Of a stretch of 64,000 bases of DNA, positions 39,169 through 48,804 are shown piece by piece; positions within the stretch are counted from its first letter, which is position 1, and each line of letters begins with the position of its first letter. The stretch comes from Nitrospirota bacterium (GTDB lineage Bacteria > Nitrospirota > JACRHL01), in assembly GCA_029858285.1 (NCBI GenBank), contig JAOUFN010000012.1, positions 3,470 to 67,469 on the forward strand. The letters are read 5' to 3'. The translations under genes were made by a program, and so were the position numbers. The notes beneath the pieces are model-generated. The model worked only from the letters and a program-made list of their open reading frames with translations. It did not search any database and was not told where the DNA came from.

Positions 39169-40473
39169 TCAGTCGTCGAACGGGCTTCCCCCAGGGGGGG
39201 TTGAATAGATCAAGTCCCCCACTTCCACGAGAATCTTCTGGCGCACCAGAATTGCGGTGGAGGTTCGCTCCTGTACCGACAGCACCTGCACCAGCGCCGA
39301 CTCGCGTTCCGGCAGCCGGGGGCTGGTCCACATCCCCGGCACCTCCACCTTGCGGCCGCGGCGCACCACGGTAAATTCGTTGCCGGGCTTCAGCCCGTCC
39401 TCCGCGCCCAGGTCCAGATAGACAATCTGGCCGTTGCCCAGCAGATTCATTGAATCCCTGGAATCCAGGATAATCCCGATCAGCCCGTCGGGCGCCTTGC
39501 GCTCCAGCCCTACCACCGGCGGCACGTACGGCATCAGTTCATCACCGGGCTGGATGGTTTCGTAGGCGCGCTCGATACGGGCGTGAATCAATCCATTGGC
39601 GGTGGTGTCCAGCACCCGCGCCACACCCAGCACCCGCACCAGTTTTCCCAACGCTTCGTCAGTTACCGGGTGGACCACCACGTCCCCCCCGCGCGAGATG
39701 GTCAGCATGTCGCCCGGCTGGGCGGTGCGGTGGCGCTTCAGTTTGAGGAAAATCTCGTCGCCCCGGCCCATCACCTGGCGCGGCTCGTGCATCCCCACCA
39801 GGATACCAATCGGGCGGTACCTGGGCAGGATGAATCCCGCGCCTTCCACCACGAACGGGCTGATGGCACCCCGCTTGAACTTGGCCCGCACCAGCTTTTC
39901 CGGTGATCCCGTCTGATCGGGGCGCGGCCCCAGAGCCAACATCTGGGTTTCCTGGGGCTTGAAGTCGCGGGTCAACTCGTCTTCTTCGGCGTCCACCTGG
40001 CCCACATCCCCGGCAGAATCGCTGACCCGCACCTCGCCCTCGTCGGTCTCCACCACGCCGACGGCCCCCACCTGTATTTCGGGGGCGTCAATCAATTCCT
40101 GGATTTCAACCGGCAGCATCGCCACCGGAATGCGCACGATGTCGCCGGGGTAAATAAGGTCCGGATTCATGATCTGGCCGTTGTAGTCCCACACCTTGGG
40201 CCACATGAACGGATCGGTCAGATAGGCGTCGGAGATGGCCCACAGGGTGTCGCCACGCACCACGCCGTGGGATTTGCCGCGACGCCGCTCGCCGGAGACC
40301 TCTACCAGCATGGCGCTGGAACCGGTGTCGGACACCTCCGACACTTCCGGGATGTCCACGTCGTCCACCATGGACACCGGAGTCGCCGCCGGATGCGTGG
40401 TCGCGCACGCCGCCAGCAACACCGCCGCAACACCCGCCAGCAGCCGGGCAGGGAACAGTGGGGAACTCTTCAT
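39169..40473 (-). CDS. LysM peptidoglycan-binding lipoprotein
   Basis: LAAC lipobox, VVRGDTLWAIS...WP..W..N...NPDLIYPG LysM domain, C-terminal VYLDLGAEDGL.PG. Confidence 0.88.
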   Translation of the reverse strand: MKSSPLFPARLLAGVAAVLLAACATTHPAATPVSMVDDVDIPEVSEVSDTGSSAMLVEVSGERRRGKSHGVVRGDTLWAISDAYLTDPFMWPKVWDYNGQIMNPDLIYPGDIVRIPVAMLPVEIQELIDAPEIQVGAVGVVETDEGEVRVSDSAGDVGQVDAEEDELTRDFKPQETQMLALGPRPDQTGSPEKLVRAKFKRGAISPFVVEGAGFILPRYRPIGILVGMHEPRQVMGRGDEIFLKLKRHRTAQPGDMLTISRGGDVVVHPVTDEALGKLVRVLGVARVLDTTANGLIHARIERAYETIQPGDELMPYVPPVVGLERKAPDGLIGIILDSRDSMNLLGNGQIVYLDLGAEDGLKPGNEFTVVRRGRKVEVPGMWTSPRLPERESALVQVLSVQERTSTAILVRQKILVEVGDLIYSTPPGGSPFDD

Positions 40474-40714
40474 GGTTCTCTTTCCACTCCAGATCGGTTT
40501 GTCGCCGGTGGCCCGCCGTCCGTGGCGGACCCTCTCCCGGGCCCTCGTAACCGCCCAAGCTACCTTATCGGCGCCACCGGTTGCCACCATAAAATAACCC
40601 GCCCCCGCGCAGGCGCCGGGGGAAACACAGCGTCCGCGGTTGTGGACGCCCCCCGAAATTGGCCCGGAGCGGGGCGCGGCTGGTAGAATCGAACTCCCCT
40701 TCTGGAGAGCGCGC

Positions 40715-41773
40715 ATGATTTACCGTCCCCTGGGCGATTCCGGCGTCCAGGTCAGCGCCCTGTGCCTTGGCACCATGACCTGGGGCGAACAGAACTCCGG
40801 GTCCGAGGCCCACGCCCAGCTCGACCTGGCCCTGGAGGCGGGCGTCAACTTCATCGACGCCGCCGAAATCTATCCGGTGCCCACCTGCGCCGAAACCAGC
40901 GGCGCCACCGAGCGCATCATCGGTAGCTGGCTGAAAAATACCCGGCGCGCGTCGGGAGCGGCGCGGGCAAAAATCGTCCTGGCCACCAAGGTGGCGGGCC
41001 GCGCCGACTGGCTGCCGTGGATCCGCGACGGCGCACCGCGGCTCAACCGCACTCATATGGAACAGGCCCTGAACGCCAGTTTGCAGCGGCTGGGCACCGA
41101 TTATGTGGATTTGTACCAGTTGCACTGGCCGGACCGGCACACCAATTTTTTCGGCGAACTGGGGTACGTCCACGACCCCGCCGACGTGCCGGTGCCCATT
41201 GAGGAAACCCTGCAAGTGCTGGGGGATTTCGTCACAGCGGGCAAGGTGCGCCACGTGGGGCTGTCCAACGAGACCGCGTGGGGCATGATGGCCTTCCTGC
41301 GCGCCGCCGGCCGCGCCGGGCTGCCGCGCGTGGTGGCGGTGCAGAACCCCTACAGCCTGCTCAACCGCAGCTTCGAGGTGGGCTGCGCCGAAGTCGCCAT
41401 GCGCGAACGGGTGGGGCTGCTGGCCTATTCCCCCCTTGGCTTTGGCACCCTTACCGGCAAGTATTTGCAGGCCCCGCCCAAGGGCGCGCGCCTGTCCCTG
41501 CCCGGCTTTGCGCGCTTCACCCGCTACACCGGCCCCGCCGGGCGCGCGGCCACGCAGGAGTACGTGCGCATCGCCCGCCAGCACGGTATTAGCCCAACTC
41601 ATATGGCCCTTGCCTACGTCTCTTCGCGCCCCTTCACCACCAGCACCATCATCGGGGCCACCACGCCGGAGCAGCTCAAGGACAACCTCGCCAGCGCACA
41701 GATCACCCTGTCCGCCGACATTCTGGAAGCAATCGATGCCGCCCATGCCCACCACCCCAACCCGTGTCCGTGA
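40715..41773 (+). CDS. tas: NADP(H)-dependent aldo/keto reductase (Tas-like)
   Basis: CLGTMTWGEQN, DAAEIYPVP, DLYQLHWPDR, GLSNETAWG, QNPYSLLNR and AYSPLGFG motifs. Confidence 0.9.
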   Translation: MIYRPLGDSGVQVSALCLGTMTWGEQNSGSEAHAQLDLALEAGVNFIDAAEIYPVPTCAETSGATERIIGSWLKNTRRASGAARAKIVLATKVAGRADWLPWIRDGAPRLNRTHMEQALNASLQRLGTDYVDLYQLHWPDRHTNFFGELGYVHDPADVPVPIEETLQVLGDFVTAGKVRHVGLSNETAWGMMAFLRAAGRAGLPRVVAVQNPYSLLNRSFEVGCAEVAMRERVGLLAYSPLGFGTLTGKYLQAPPKGARLSLPGFARFTRYTGPAGRAATQEYVRIARQHGISPTHMALAYVSSRPFTTSTIIGATTPEQLKDNLASAQITLSADILEAIDAAHAHHPNPCP

Positions 41774-41781
41774 GGGGCGGA

Positions 41782-41976
41782 ATGACGCACCCCTACCTAC
41801 CAGTAGGTAAGTTCCCCGCCGATACGGAGTGCGCCCGCTGTTTTCGCAGCGATGTTCCCCTGCGTCCCGACCCGGAGATCGACGAGGTGTGGTTCTGCGA
41901 GCCGTGCTGGCAGGAGCGCGAGCGCGTCACCCAGACCCACGCCTTCGGCTACGACAACGACATCGGGGAGGAATAG
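41782..41976 (+). CDS. Small putative zinc-finger protein (64 aa)
   Basis: CARC and CEPC pairs, acidic tail, GC3-rich codons, GAGG RBS. Starts 8 nt after the tas stop. Confidence 0.65.
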   Translation: MTHPYLPVGKFPADTECARCFRSDVPLRPDPEIDEVWFCEPCWQERERVTQTHAFGYDNDIGEE

Positions 41977-42060
41977 AGGGGGCCGGAGAGCCCCGGCGGG
42001 CGTTAACAGCGAGGGGGGGGCGTGTGGCAGATAGCGACACTGCCTGAGAAGAGGTGTGTC

Positions 42061-42447
42061 ATGCCCAGAAGGTTAAGGGGGCGTGGTGCGGGACACCATT
42101 CTCTTAAATTGCCTGTCAATTCCGGTCATTCTTATGCGCCAATCCAACATTTTTTTGCTGACTTGGTCACAGAGGATGACGTTACGAAGGAACAGTACGG
42201 AGCAGTAGGCGGTAGGCCACAAGTTGTCTGGCCGAATGGGCTCTTGGCCTCCGCCGCTGTCGGGATTCTTATAAACATGGTGACGCCGTGGTTTGATGCG
42301 GGTCGGCGGTCCGAGTTTCTTGCCTACGATGGGAATAATCAGTCACTCAACAGACATTCATGGATGAACTCTCCGGGTCCGAAATCGTGTCGGAACTACC
42401 CTGACCATGAGGTGGGACTCCCCCATGCGCTTTGGATGGCCGGGTGA
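42061..42447 (+). pseudogene. Low-GC remnant resembling the C-terminus of a ThiF/E1-like adenylyltransferase
   Basis: Visibly AT-richer than its flanks. YGAVGGRPQVVWPNGLLAS.AVG...YDGN recalls ThiF-family C-termini. No nucleotide-binding N-terminal half. Confidence 0.45.
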
Positions 42448-42697
42448 CGCCCGCCCTCACCCTAACCCTCCTCTCCCGACGCATAGGGAGCCCCCCCGAG
42501 CGCGGCAGGGCCGTGGCCTCCCGCCCGGGCCGTCGATACACTCGGGGCGAACGGCGCCAGCTTGAGAACCGGGTAGCCTCCCACGCCGGAAAAAAAGCGC
42601 GGCCAGACTCGCGATGAATCCGGGCCCCACTACATGTTTTACGCGAATACGCCTGGGGGGCTCCCCCGCCGCGAATACCGCTGGCCGCCGGGCGAAC

Positions 42698-43327
42698 CTA
42701 GTCGTCCTGGTAGTAAGGGAGGATCTTGTCGTAGTTGACGTCCTCGGAGGTGGCGCCCCAGGGCTTTTTGCCGTAGAACAGCACCCCTTCGTCCATGATG
42801 TCGGTGAAGATGGCGCCGTGGAACTTCACCTTGCGCAGATCGGTGTGGATGAACGCCGTCTCGCGGATGGTGGAGCCTTCCAGAATCGCCCCCCGGAAGT
42901 TGGCGCCGGTGCAGTCGGTGCGCAAAAAGGTGGCGTTCTCGATCTCGGAATCGTACAGCACCGTGCCGAGCATCTTGGCATCGGTGAAATCCGCCCCCGG
43001 CATGCGGCAGACCATCAACTGTGCGCGGGACAGGTCGGCACCGGTAAAATTCACGTCCTTCATCAGGGCGCGCTGGAAAAAGGTGCGGCGGCAGATGGCG
43101 CCGGAAAAATCCACCCCTTCCGCCAGCACCTCCACCACGTAGGCGTCCGACAGGGTGGCGCCTTTCAGGCTGGTGCCTTTCAGGTTGGCGCGGGTCATGG
43201 TGGCGTGGGTAAAATCACAGCCCGACAGGTCCAGCCCCGACAGGTCGCAATACGACAGGTCGGCGTCGTAGAACGATTCGCCGGCGGCGATCATTTTTTC
43301 GACTTCTTCGCGTGTCAATGAAGCCAT
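42698..43327 (-). CDS. Pentapeptide repeat protein
   Basis: Continuous A(D/N)(L/F)xx repeats. AAGGAG RBS. Confidence 0.92.
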   Translation of the reverse strand: MASLTREEVEKMIAAGESFYDADLSYCDLSGLDLSGCDFTHATMTRANLKGTSLKGATLSDAYVVEVLAEGVDFSGAICRRTFFQRALMKDVNFTGADLSRAQLMVCRMPGADFTDAKMLGTVLYDSEIENATFLRTDCTGANFRGAILEGSTIRETAFIHTDLRKVKFHGAIFTDIMDEGVLFYGKKPWGATSEDVNYDKILPYYQDD

Positions 43328-43354
43328 TGTCTCTCCTTGCCCCCCCCCGGCTGC

Positions 43355-43397
43355 AAAAAAGAGAACGGCCCATGCCCGCGGGGAGCATGGGCCGTTC
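43355..43397 (-). terminator. Rho-independent terminator after korB
   Basis: 13-bp stem GAACGGCCCATGC/GCATGGGCCGTTC followed by TCTTTTTT on the minus strand. Confidence 0.8.
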
Positions 43398-43423
43398 GTC
43401 GATCGATCGGCCGATGGCCGCCC

Positions 43424-44344
43424 TTACGGCTTGAAACGGTCGAAGATGGCGTTCCAGTCCGGGGTGTCGGTCACGTTGTAGTATTTCTGGACCTGCTTCA
43501 CCTTCTCGAAGAACACCGGCTTCTGCACCTTGTAGTACACGCCCACCGGCACCGGCGCATCGTCGCTGTGGTGGTGGTTGTACAGCTCGGCGGACTTGAG
43601 CATGGCCGTGGAGCGGTTGCCCAGGTCGGTGTGCTCGCCGGTCTCGTTGATGTCGTGAATGCGCGGACGGAAGTACGCGAAGGTGTCCACCTTGTTGTAG
43701 GTGGGGCACGGGGACAGGATGTTCACGTAGGAGAAGCCCTGGTGGGCCAGCGCCTCGTTGATCACCTTGCCCATGTGCTTGGCGTTCGCCGAGTAGGTCT
43801 GCGCCACGTAGGTGGCGCCGTAGGTGATCATCATTTCGATGGGGTTCATCGGCTCGTCCAGGTTGCCCAGGTCGCTGGCCAGGGTGCCGGGCAGGCCGGT
43901 GCGGGACAGCGGAGAGGTCTGGTTCTTGGTGAGCGCGAAGGTGCCGTTGTCCATGACGATCACGGTCATGTTCATGTTGCGGCGGGCCGCGTGCATGATG
44001 TGGCCGCCGCCGATGGCGAAGCAGTCACCGTCGCCGATGGTGACCACCACCGGCATCTCCGGACGCGCCAGGTGGGCGCCGATGGCCACCGGCACGGCGC
44101 GGCCGTGGCAGGAGTGGATGCCGAAGGAGTTCATCCACAGGGGCAGACGGCTGGAACAGCCGATGCCGGACACTGTGGTCACCGCGCTGGGGTCGTACTT
44201 CTGGTCGGCGTAGGCCTTGGCGAGGGCGCCCACCACACCGAAGTCGCCGCAGCCCGGGCACCAGGTCGGGGTGATGTCGCTGCGGTAGTCCTTCGCCTTG
44301 AGCGGCTCGGTGACATGAATATTTATGGTTGCTGGCAATGCCAT
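43424..44344 (-). CDS. korB: 2-oxoglutarate(2-oxoacid):ferredoxin oxidoreductase beta subunit
   Basis: TWCPGCGDF, SGIGCSSR, HGRA, GDGD...DN TPP motif, SPCPTYN. Confidence 0.9.
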   Translation of the reverse strand: MALPATINIHVTEPLKAKDYRSDITPTWCPGCGDFGVVGALAKAYADQKYDPSAVTTVSGIGCSSRLPLWMNSFGIHSCHGRAVPVAIGAHLARPEMPVVVTIGDGDCFAIGGGHIMHAARRNMNMTVIVMDNGTFALTKNQTSPLSRTGLPGTLASDLGNLDEPMNPIEMMITYGATYVAQTYSANAKHMGKVINEALAHQGFSYVNILSPCPTYNKVDTFAYFRPRIHDINETGEHTDLGNRSTAMLKSAELYNHHHSDDAPVPVGVYYKVQKPVFFEKVKQVQKYYNVTDTPDWNAIFDRFKP

Positions 44345-44393
44345 GCTGTTTCTCTCCTTAGTAATCCGGAGGGTTTTTTCTGTATCCGGAAAC

Positions 44394-46160
44394 CTAGTGA
44401 ATCGCGATGCGGGCCTTGGGGGCGTCTTCCTTCAGGAGAGCGAGAGCCATGTTCTCGATTTCCTTGGGGATCAGCGGCTCGCCACGGTAGGCGTTGAACT
44501 TGATGGGCACCACGTTGGTGCGCATCTTGATCAGGTCCGCGAACTGCCCCTGGTAGTTGGCCTCCGGCACCACGACTTTCTTCACGCTGCGGGCAAACGC
44601 CTCGATCTGCTTCTGCGGCATCGGCCACAGCATCTTCGGGTAGAGGGCGCTGACCTTGTGGCCCTGGGCACGCAGACGGGAAATCGCCTCGCGGGTGACC
44701 GACTGGGTCATACCCCAGCAGATGATGCCCAGGTCGTCGCCGTCCTCGCCTTCGCGCTCGATGGGCGTGTAGGCGTCTTCGATGCCGTCGAACTTGCGCC
44801 AGCGCTTCTCGGTCATCGCGTTACGCGTTTCCGTGTTGGTGCGCGGGCCGGAGTCCTCGGCGTGCTCCAGACCGGTGGCCGCGTAGTTGGTGCCCGGGAT
44901 GCCGGGGGCGCCCATGGGCGACACGCCCGAATCGGTGATCTGGTAGCGGTTGAATACCGACGGGTCGGGCTGGGGGGCGGCAAAATTGCGCTCGACCAGC
45001 TTGATCTTGCTCATATCCGGGCGGGGGATCGCCTCGGTCTGGATGGACAGGGAGGCGTCGGACAGCAGCATCACCGGCGACTGGTACTGCTCCGCCAGGT
45101 TCAGTGCGTCGATGGTCAGGTAGACGCAATCCTTCACGTCGGCAGCGGCCAGCACGATGCGCGGGGCATCGCCGTGGCTGCCCAGGGTGCAGGCGAACAG
45201 GTCGGACTGGTCGTGCTTGGTGGGCATGCCGGTGGAGGGGCCACCGCGCTGCACGTCGGCAACCACGATGGGCACCTCGGACATGATGGCCAGGCCGATC
45301 AGCTCCTGCATCAGCGAGATGCCGGGGCCGGCGGTGGCGGTGAGGGCCTTCTTGCCGGTGAAGCTGGCGCCGATTACGGTGGCCAGCGCGGAGATTTCGT
45401 CCTCGGTCTGATAGACCACGCCGCCGGTGTGGTGCATCAGGTCAACCAGGTGGTTGCCCACGCTGGTGGCCGGGGTGATCGGGTAGGCACCGTAGAACTT
45501 GGCACCGCCCATCACCGCACCCAAAGAGATGGCCTGGTTGCCCTCGAGGATGATGACGTCCTTCTGGCGGGTGGAAGCCGGGAAGGAGTGGGCCACCTTG
45601 CGGTTCGGGTAGTTGGTGCGGATCCATTCGCGGCCCAGTTCAATCGCCTTGTAGTTGAAGTCGACGATGTCCTGACCCTTTTTGATGAACTTGTCGTGGA
45701 TGGAGCTCTTCAGCGACTCCTCCGGCAGGCCGAACAGCTCGATCACCGCACCCATGGCAACCATGTTCTTGGCGATGTAGTTCTTGAGCTGGTTCTTGGC
45801 GATGTCGCTCATGGGCACCGCGAACACCTGCACGCCTTCGTGCTCTTCCGGCTCGAAGTCGCCGCCGTGGGGACCGTCCCACACCATGATGGTGCCGGGG
45901 ATCAGCAGGGGCTTGTTGACCTCGTAGGCCTCGCCGTTGAAAGCCACCAGAATGTTGAAGCCGTCACCCTGGGAGAGAATCTTCTCGTCGGAGATGCGCA
46001 CCTGGGAGAGGGCGTAGCCGCCCTTGATCTCGGCCGGAAAGCTCTTGAAGGTCATCACTTCCATGCCGGCCCGGGTTGCGGCCTGCATGATAAAGTCGCC
46101 AGAGCTGATGACGCCCTCGCCGCCCTCGCCAGCCACCTTGATTGTCAGATCAATCGCCAC
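44394..46160 (-). CDS. korA: 2-oxoglutarate(2-oxoacid):ferredoxin oxidoreductase alpha subunit (gamma-alpha fusion)
   Basis: GEGGEG, FPAEIKGG, YPITPAT, EDEI and QRGGPSTGMPTK motifs. GTG start after GAGGAGG. Confidence 0.92.
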   Translation of the reverse strand: MAIDLTIKVAGEGGEGVISSGDFIMQAATRAGMEVMTFKSFPAEIKGGYALSQVRISDEKILSQGDGFNILVAFNGEAYEVNKPLLIPGTIMVWDGPHGGDFEPEEHEGVQVFAVPMSDIAKNQLKNYIAKNMVAMGAVIELFGLPEESLKSSIHDKFIKKGQDIVDFNYKAIELGREWIRTNYPNRKVAHSFPASTRQKDVIILEGNQAISLGAVMGGAKFYGAYPITPATSVGNHLVDLMHHTGGVVYQTEDEISALATVIGASFTGKKALTATAGPGISLMQELIGLAIMSEVPIVVADVQRGGPSTGMPTKHDQSDLFACTLGSHGDAPRIVLAAADVKDCVYLTIDALNLAEQYQSPVMLLSDASLSIQTEAIPRPDMSKIKLVERNFAAPQPDPSVFNRYQITDSGVSPMGAPGIPGTNYAATGLEHAEDSGPRTNTETRNAMTEKRWRKFDGIEDAYTPIEREGEDGDDLGIICWGMTQSVTREAISRLRAQGHKVSALYPKMLWPMPQKQIEAFARSVKKVVVPEANYQGQFADLIKMRTNVVPIKFNAYRGEPLIPKEIENMALALLKEDAPKARIAIH

Positions 46161-46463
46161 GAACACCTCCTCATACAATTGATGGACCCCGACCCGCAGG
46201 ATCAGGCTTCCGGCCTTTGGCCACACCGGCCCACCACTCGCGAACCGGCCCCGCTGCAACCTCGCCGGAGCCTGCAAATCCCGCCAACAGGCACCTTCCT
46301 TTAAGAACGTTGCCCAGTATAGAACAGAACTTTCGCCTGCGCTACAAGCGAATCCACCGCCCAACTCCGATTTTCGCGGACAGGAAACCGGGGCTGCAAC
46401 AGAGGCGGCGGCGGGACGCCGAAAGGCGCCCCGTCTTTACCCCCGAAACTCAACAAAGAGGCC

Positions 46464-46610
46464 TCGTCATACCAAATATTCGTTGACCAGCAATTCCCCC
46501 CTCTTCTATTCTGAGTCACGTTCACGATGCTCGGTGAAGGCCTGCAGCACGCCCGACAGCGGGCGCGTGTCCCTGTTTATGGTCTGTACTCGGTATATAG
46601 TGGTTAACCA
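46464..46610. promoter_or_regulatory. Candidate GntR/FadR-type operator sites in the divergent kor/por promoter region
   Basis: Perfect palindrome TGGTTAACCA at 46601-46610, with related TCGTCATACCA (46464) and TCGTTGACCA (46480). Confidence 0.35.
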
Positions 46611-46661
46611 GTCACCATTTTCGTATGGTGCCGTCCTTCAGGTTCGGGAGGTCCTATTCTG

Positions 46662-48686
46662 ATGTCCGATAAAACGCAAGGCCAGTTCCCCTACCCCGGG
46701 ATCGATGGAACCGGTGACGGTTCAGCGGCGGTCGCGTATGTCGAGGCCCGCGCCTCCGACGCCGCTGCGGCCTACCCGATCACCTCCTCGACCATCATGG
46801 GGCAGAACTACCAGGTGTTTGTGGCCAACGGCTTCAAAAACGCCTGGGGCAAGCAGATCGGCTGGCTGGAGCTGGAGAGCGAGCATTCCTCGGCTTCCGC
46901 CTGCGAAGGCTACGCTCTGGCGGGCGGGCGGGTGGTGAACTTCACTTCCGGCCAGGGGCTCATCCTGATGAAGGAGGTGCTCTACACCACCAGCGGCAAG
47001 CGCCTGCCCGTGGTGCTGCATATCGCCTCCCGCGCCCTCACCAGCCAATCCCTGAACGTGCATGCCGGTCACGACGACGTGATGGGCGTAACCGACGTGG
47101 GTTGGGGCATCATCTTCGCCAAGAACGTGCAGGAGTCTGGGGATTTCGGCCTCATCGCCCGGCGTACCGCCGAAAAGGGCCGCACCCCGTTCATGAGCGT
47201 GCAGGACGGCTTTCTGGTGTCCCACACCATCGAGAACCTGCGCTACCCGGAAGACGACCTGGTGCGCGAGTACCTGGGGCCCCGGGAGCAAAACGTGCGC
47301 AAGCTGTTCGATCCCGAGTTCCCCCTGATGACCGGGGTGGTGCAGAACCAGGACGCCTACATGCAGGGCAAGATCGCCCAGCGCGTGTACTACGATGCGC
47401 TGCCGCAGATACTCAACGACTCCTACGACGAGTTCTATCGCCTTACCGGGCGCCGCTACCAGAACGTCGAGTGCACCATGATGGACGATGCGGAATACGC
47501 CGTCATCTCCATGGGCACCACGTCGGAAACGGTGGTCTCGGCACTGGAAGTGATCCGCGCCAAGGGCATCAAGTGCGGCGCCATCAACATGACCACCTTC
47601 CGCCCCTTCCCGGGCGCCGAGGTGGCCGCCGCCCTGAGCAAGGTCAAGGCATTTTCGGTCATTGAGCGCTGCGACGTGCCGGTGATGGAGGAAAACCCCC
47701 TTACCACCGATATCCTGGCAGCCTTGGCCAAGGCCCAGATGGGTACTCCGGGCTATCCGGAGATTGGCAAGCTGCCGGTGTGCCACTCCGGTTCCGGCGG
47801 CCTCGGCTCCCGCGACGTGACCCCGGGTCACATCATCGCCATTGCCAAAAACATGGCCGCCGGCGGGGCCGGCAAGCGCTACTTCTCCATCGGCATCGAA
47901 CATTCCACCGCCCTGGAGATCGAGGAGGAGCCGGATGTGCGGCCGGCCGGGTCGTTCTCGATCCGCGGCCACTCGGTGGGTGGTTACGGCTCCGTGACCA
48001 CCAACAAGGTCATCGCCACCCTGATGGGCGAGATCTTCGGCTTCAAGGTGCAGGCGGCGCCCAAGTACGGCTCCGAAAAGAAGGGTTTGCCCACCAACAC
48101 CTACCTGTCGGTGGTGCCCAAGGGCAAGATCCTCACCCACTGCGAGTTGCAGCAGGTGGATTTCGTGCCGCTGATGGACCCCACCACCTGGTACATGGGC
48201 AACCCCCTGGTGGGCATGCAGTCGGGTGGTACCGTCTTCCAGCACACCGACGCCAAGGGCCCCCAGGAATTGTGGGACTCCCTGCCGGGTTACGCCAAGT
48301 ACTACATGAAGGAAAACGGCACCCGCTTCTTCGGCGTGGATACCATCGCCATCGCTCGCGAGAGCTGCCAGAACGACCCGTCGCTGATCCAGCGTTTCCA
48401 GGGCGTGGTGCTGCTGGGCGTGTTCTTGCGGGTCACGCCGTTCAAGGAGAAGGCCGGCATGTCCGACGTCGACCTGTTCAAGCAGGTGGAAGAGCCGCTG
48501 CGGCGCTTCTTCGGCAAAAAAGGCGAAGCGGTGGTGCAGGACAACCTGATGGCCGTCAAGCGCGCTTATGAGCGGGTGTTCGAGGTGCCGCGGGCAATCA
48601 TCGACGCCACTCCGGCCCATGTATTGGCCGAGGGCAAGGCGGACTGGGAGGCCAAGGGCAAGGACGTCAACGCGTTCTTCATCTGA
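46662..48686 (+). CDS. Pyruvate:ferredoxin oxidoreductase (NifJ-type), N-terminal alpha+gamma polypeptide
   Basis: AYPITS, ESEHS, NFTSGQGL, RALTSQSLNVHAGHDD, QDGFLVSH, GVVQNQD and GHSVGGYG...KYGSEKKG motifs. Confidence 0.88.
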   Translation: MSDKTQGQFPYPGIDGTGDGSAAVAYVEARASDAAAAYPITSSTIMGQNYQVFVANGFKNAWGKQIGWLELESEHSSASACEGYALAGGRVVNFTSGQGLILMKEVLYTTSGKRLPVVLHIASRALTSQSLNVHAGHDDVMGVTDVGWGIIFAKNVQESGDFGLIARRTAEKGRTPFMSVQDGFLVSHTIENLRYPEDDLVREYLGPREQNVRKLFDPEFPLMTGVVQNQDAYMQGKIAQRVYYDALPQILNDSYDEFYRLTGRRYQNVECTMMDDAEYAVISMGTTSETVVSALEVIRAKGIKCGAINMTTFRPFPGAEVAAALSKVKAFSVIERCDVPVMEENPLTTDILAALAKAQMGTPGYPEIGKLPVCHSGSGGLGSRDVTPGHIIAIAKNMAAGGAGKRYFSIGIEHSTALEIEEEPDVRPAGSFSIRGHSVGGYGSVTTNKVIATLMGEIFGFKVQAAPKYGSEKKGLPTNTYLSVVPKGKILTHCELQQVDFVPLMDPTTWYMGNPLVGMQSGGTVFQHTDAKGPQELWDSLPGYAKYYMKENGTRFFGVDTIAIARESCQNDPSLIQRFQGVVLLGVFLRVTPFKEKAGMSDVDLFKQVEEPLRRFFGKKGEAVVQDNLMAVKRAYERVFEVPRAIIDATPAHVLAEGKADWEAKGKDVNAFFI

Positions 48687-48804
48687 CGCGCCCAGACCTG
48701 CCATCGGTCCGCCGGTGGCAGGCGCGGTAGACCGGAAAAGTCACGAACAGCGGCTGCGGGCGTTGGTCCGGGCCGGAATATAGCTGTAAGGATCGGAACC
48801 CATC

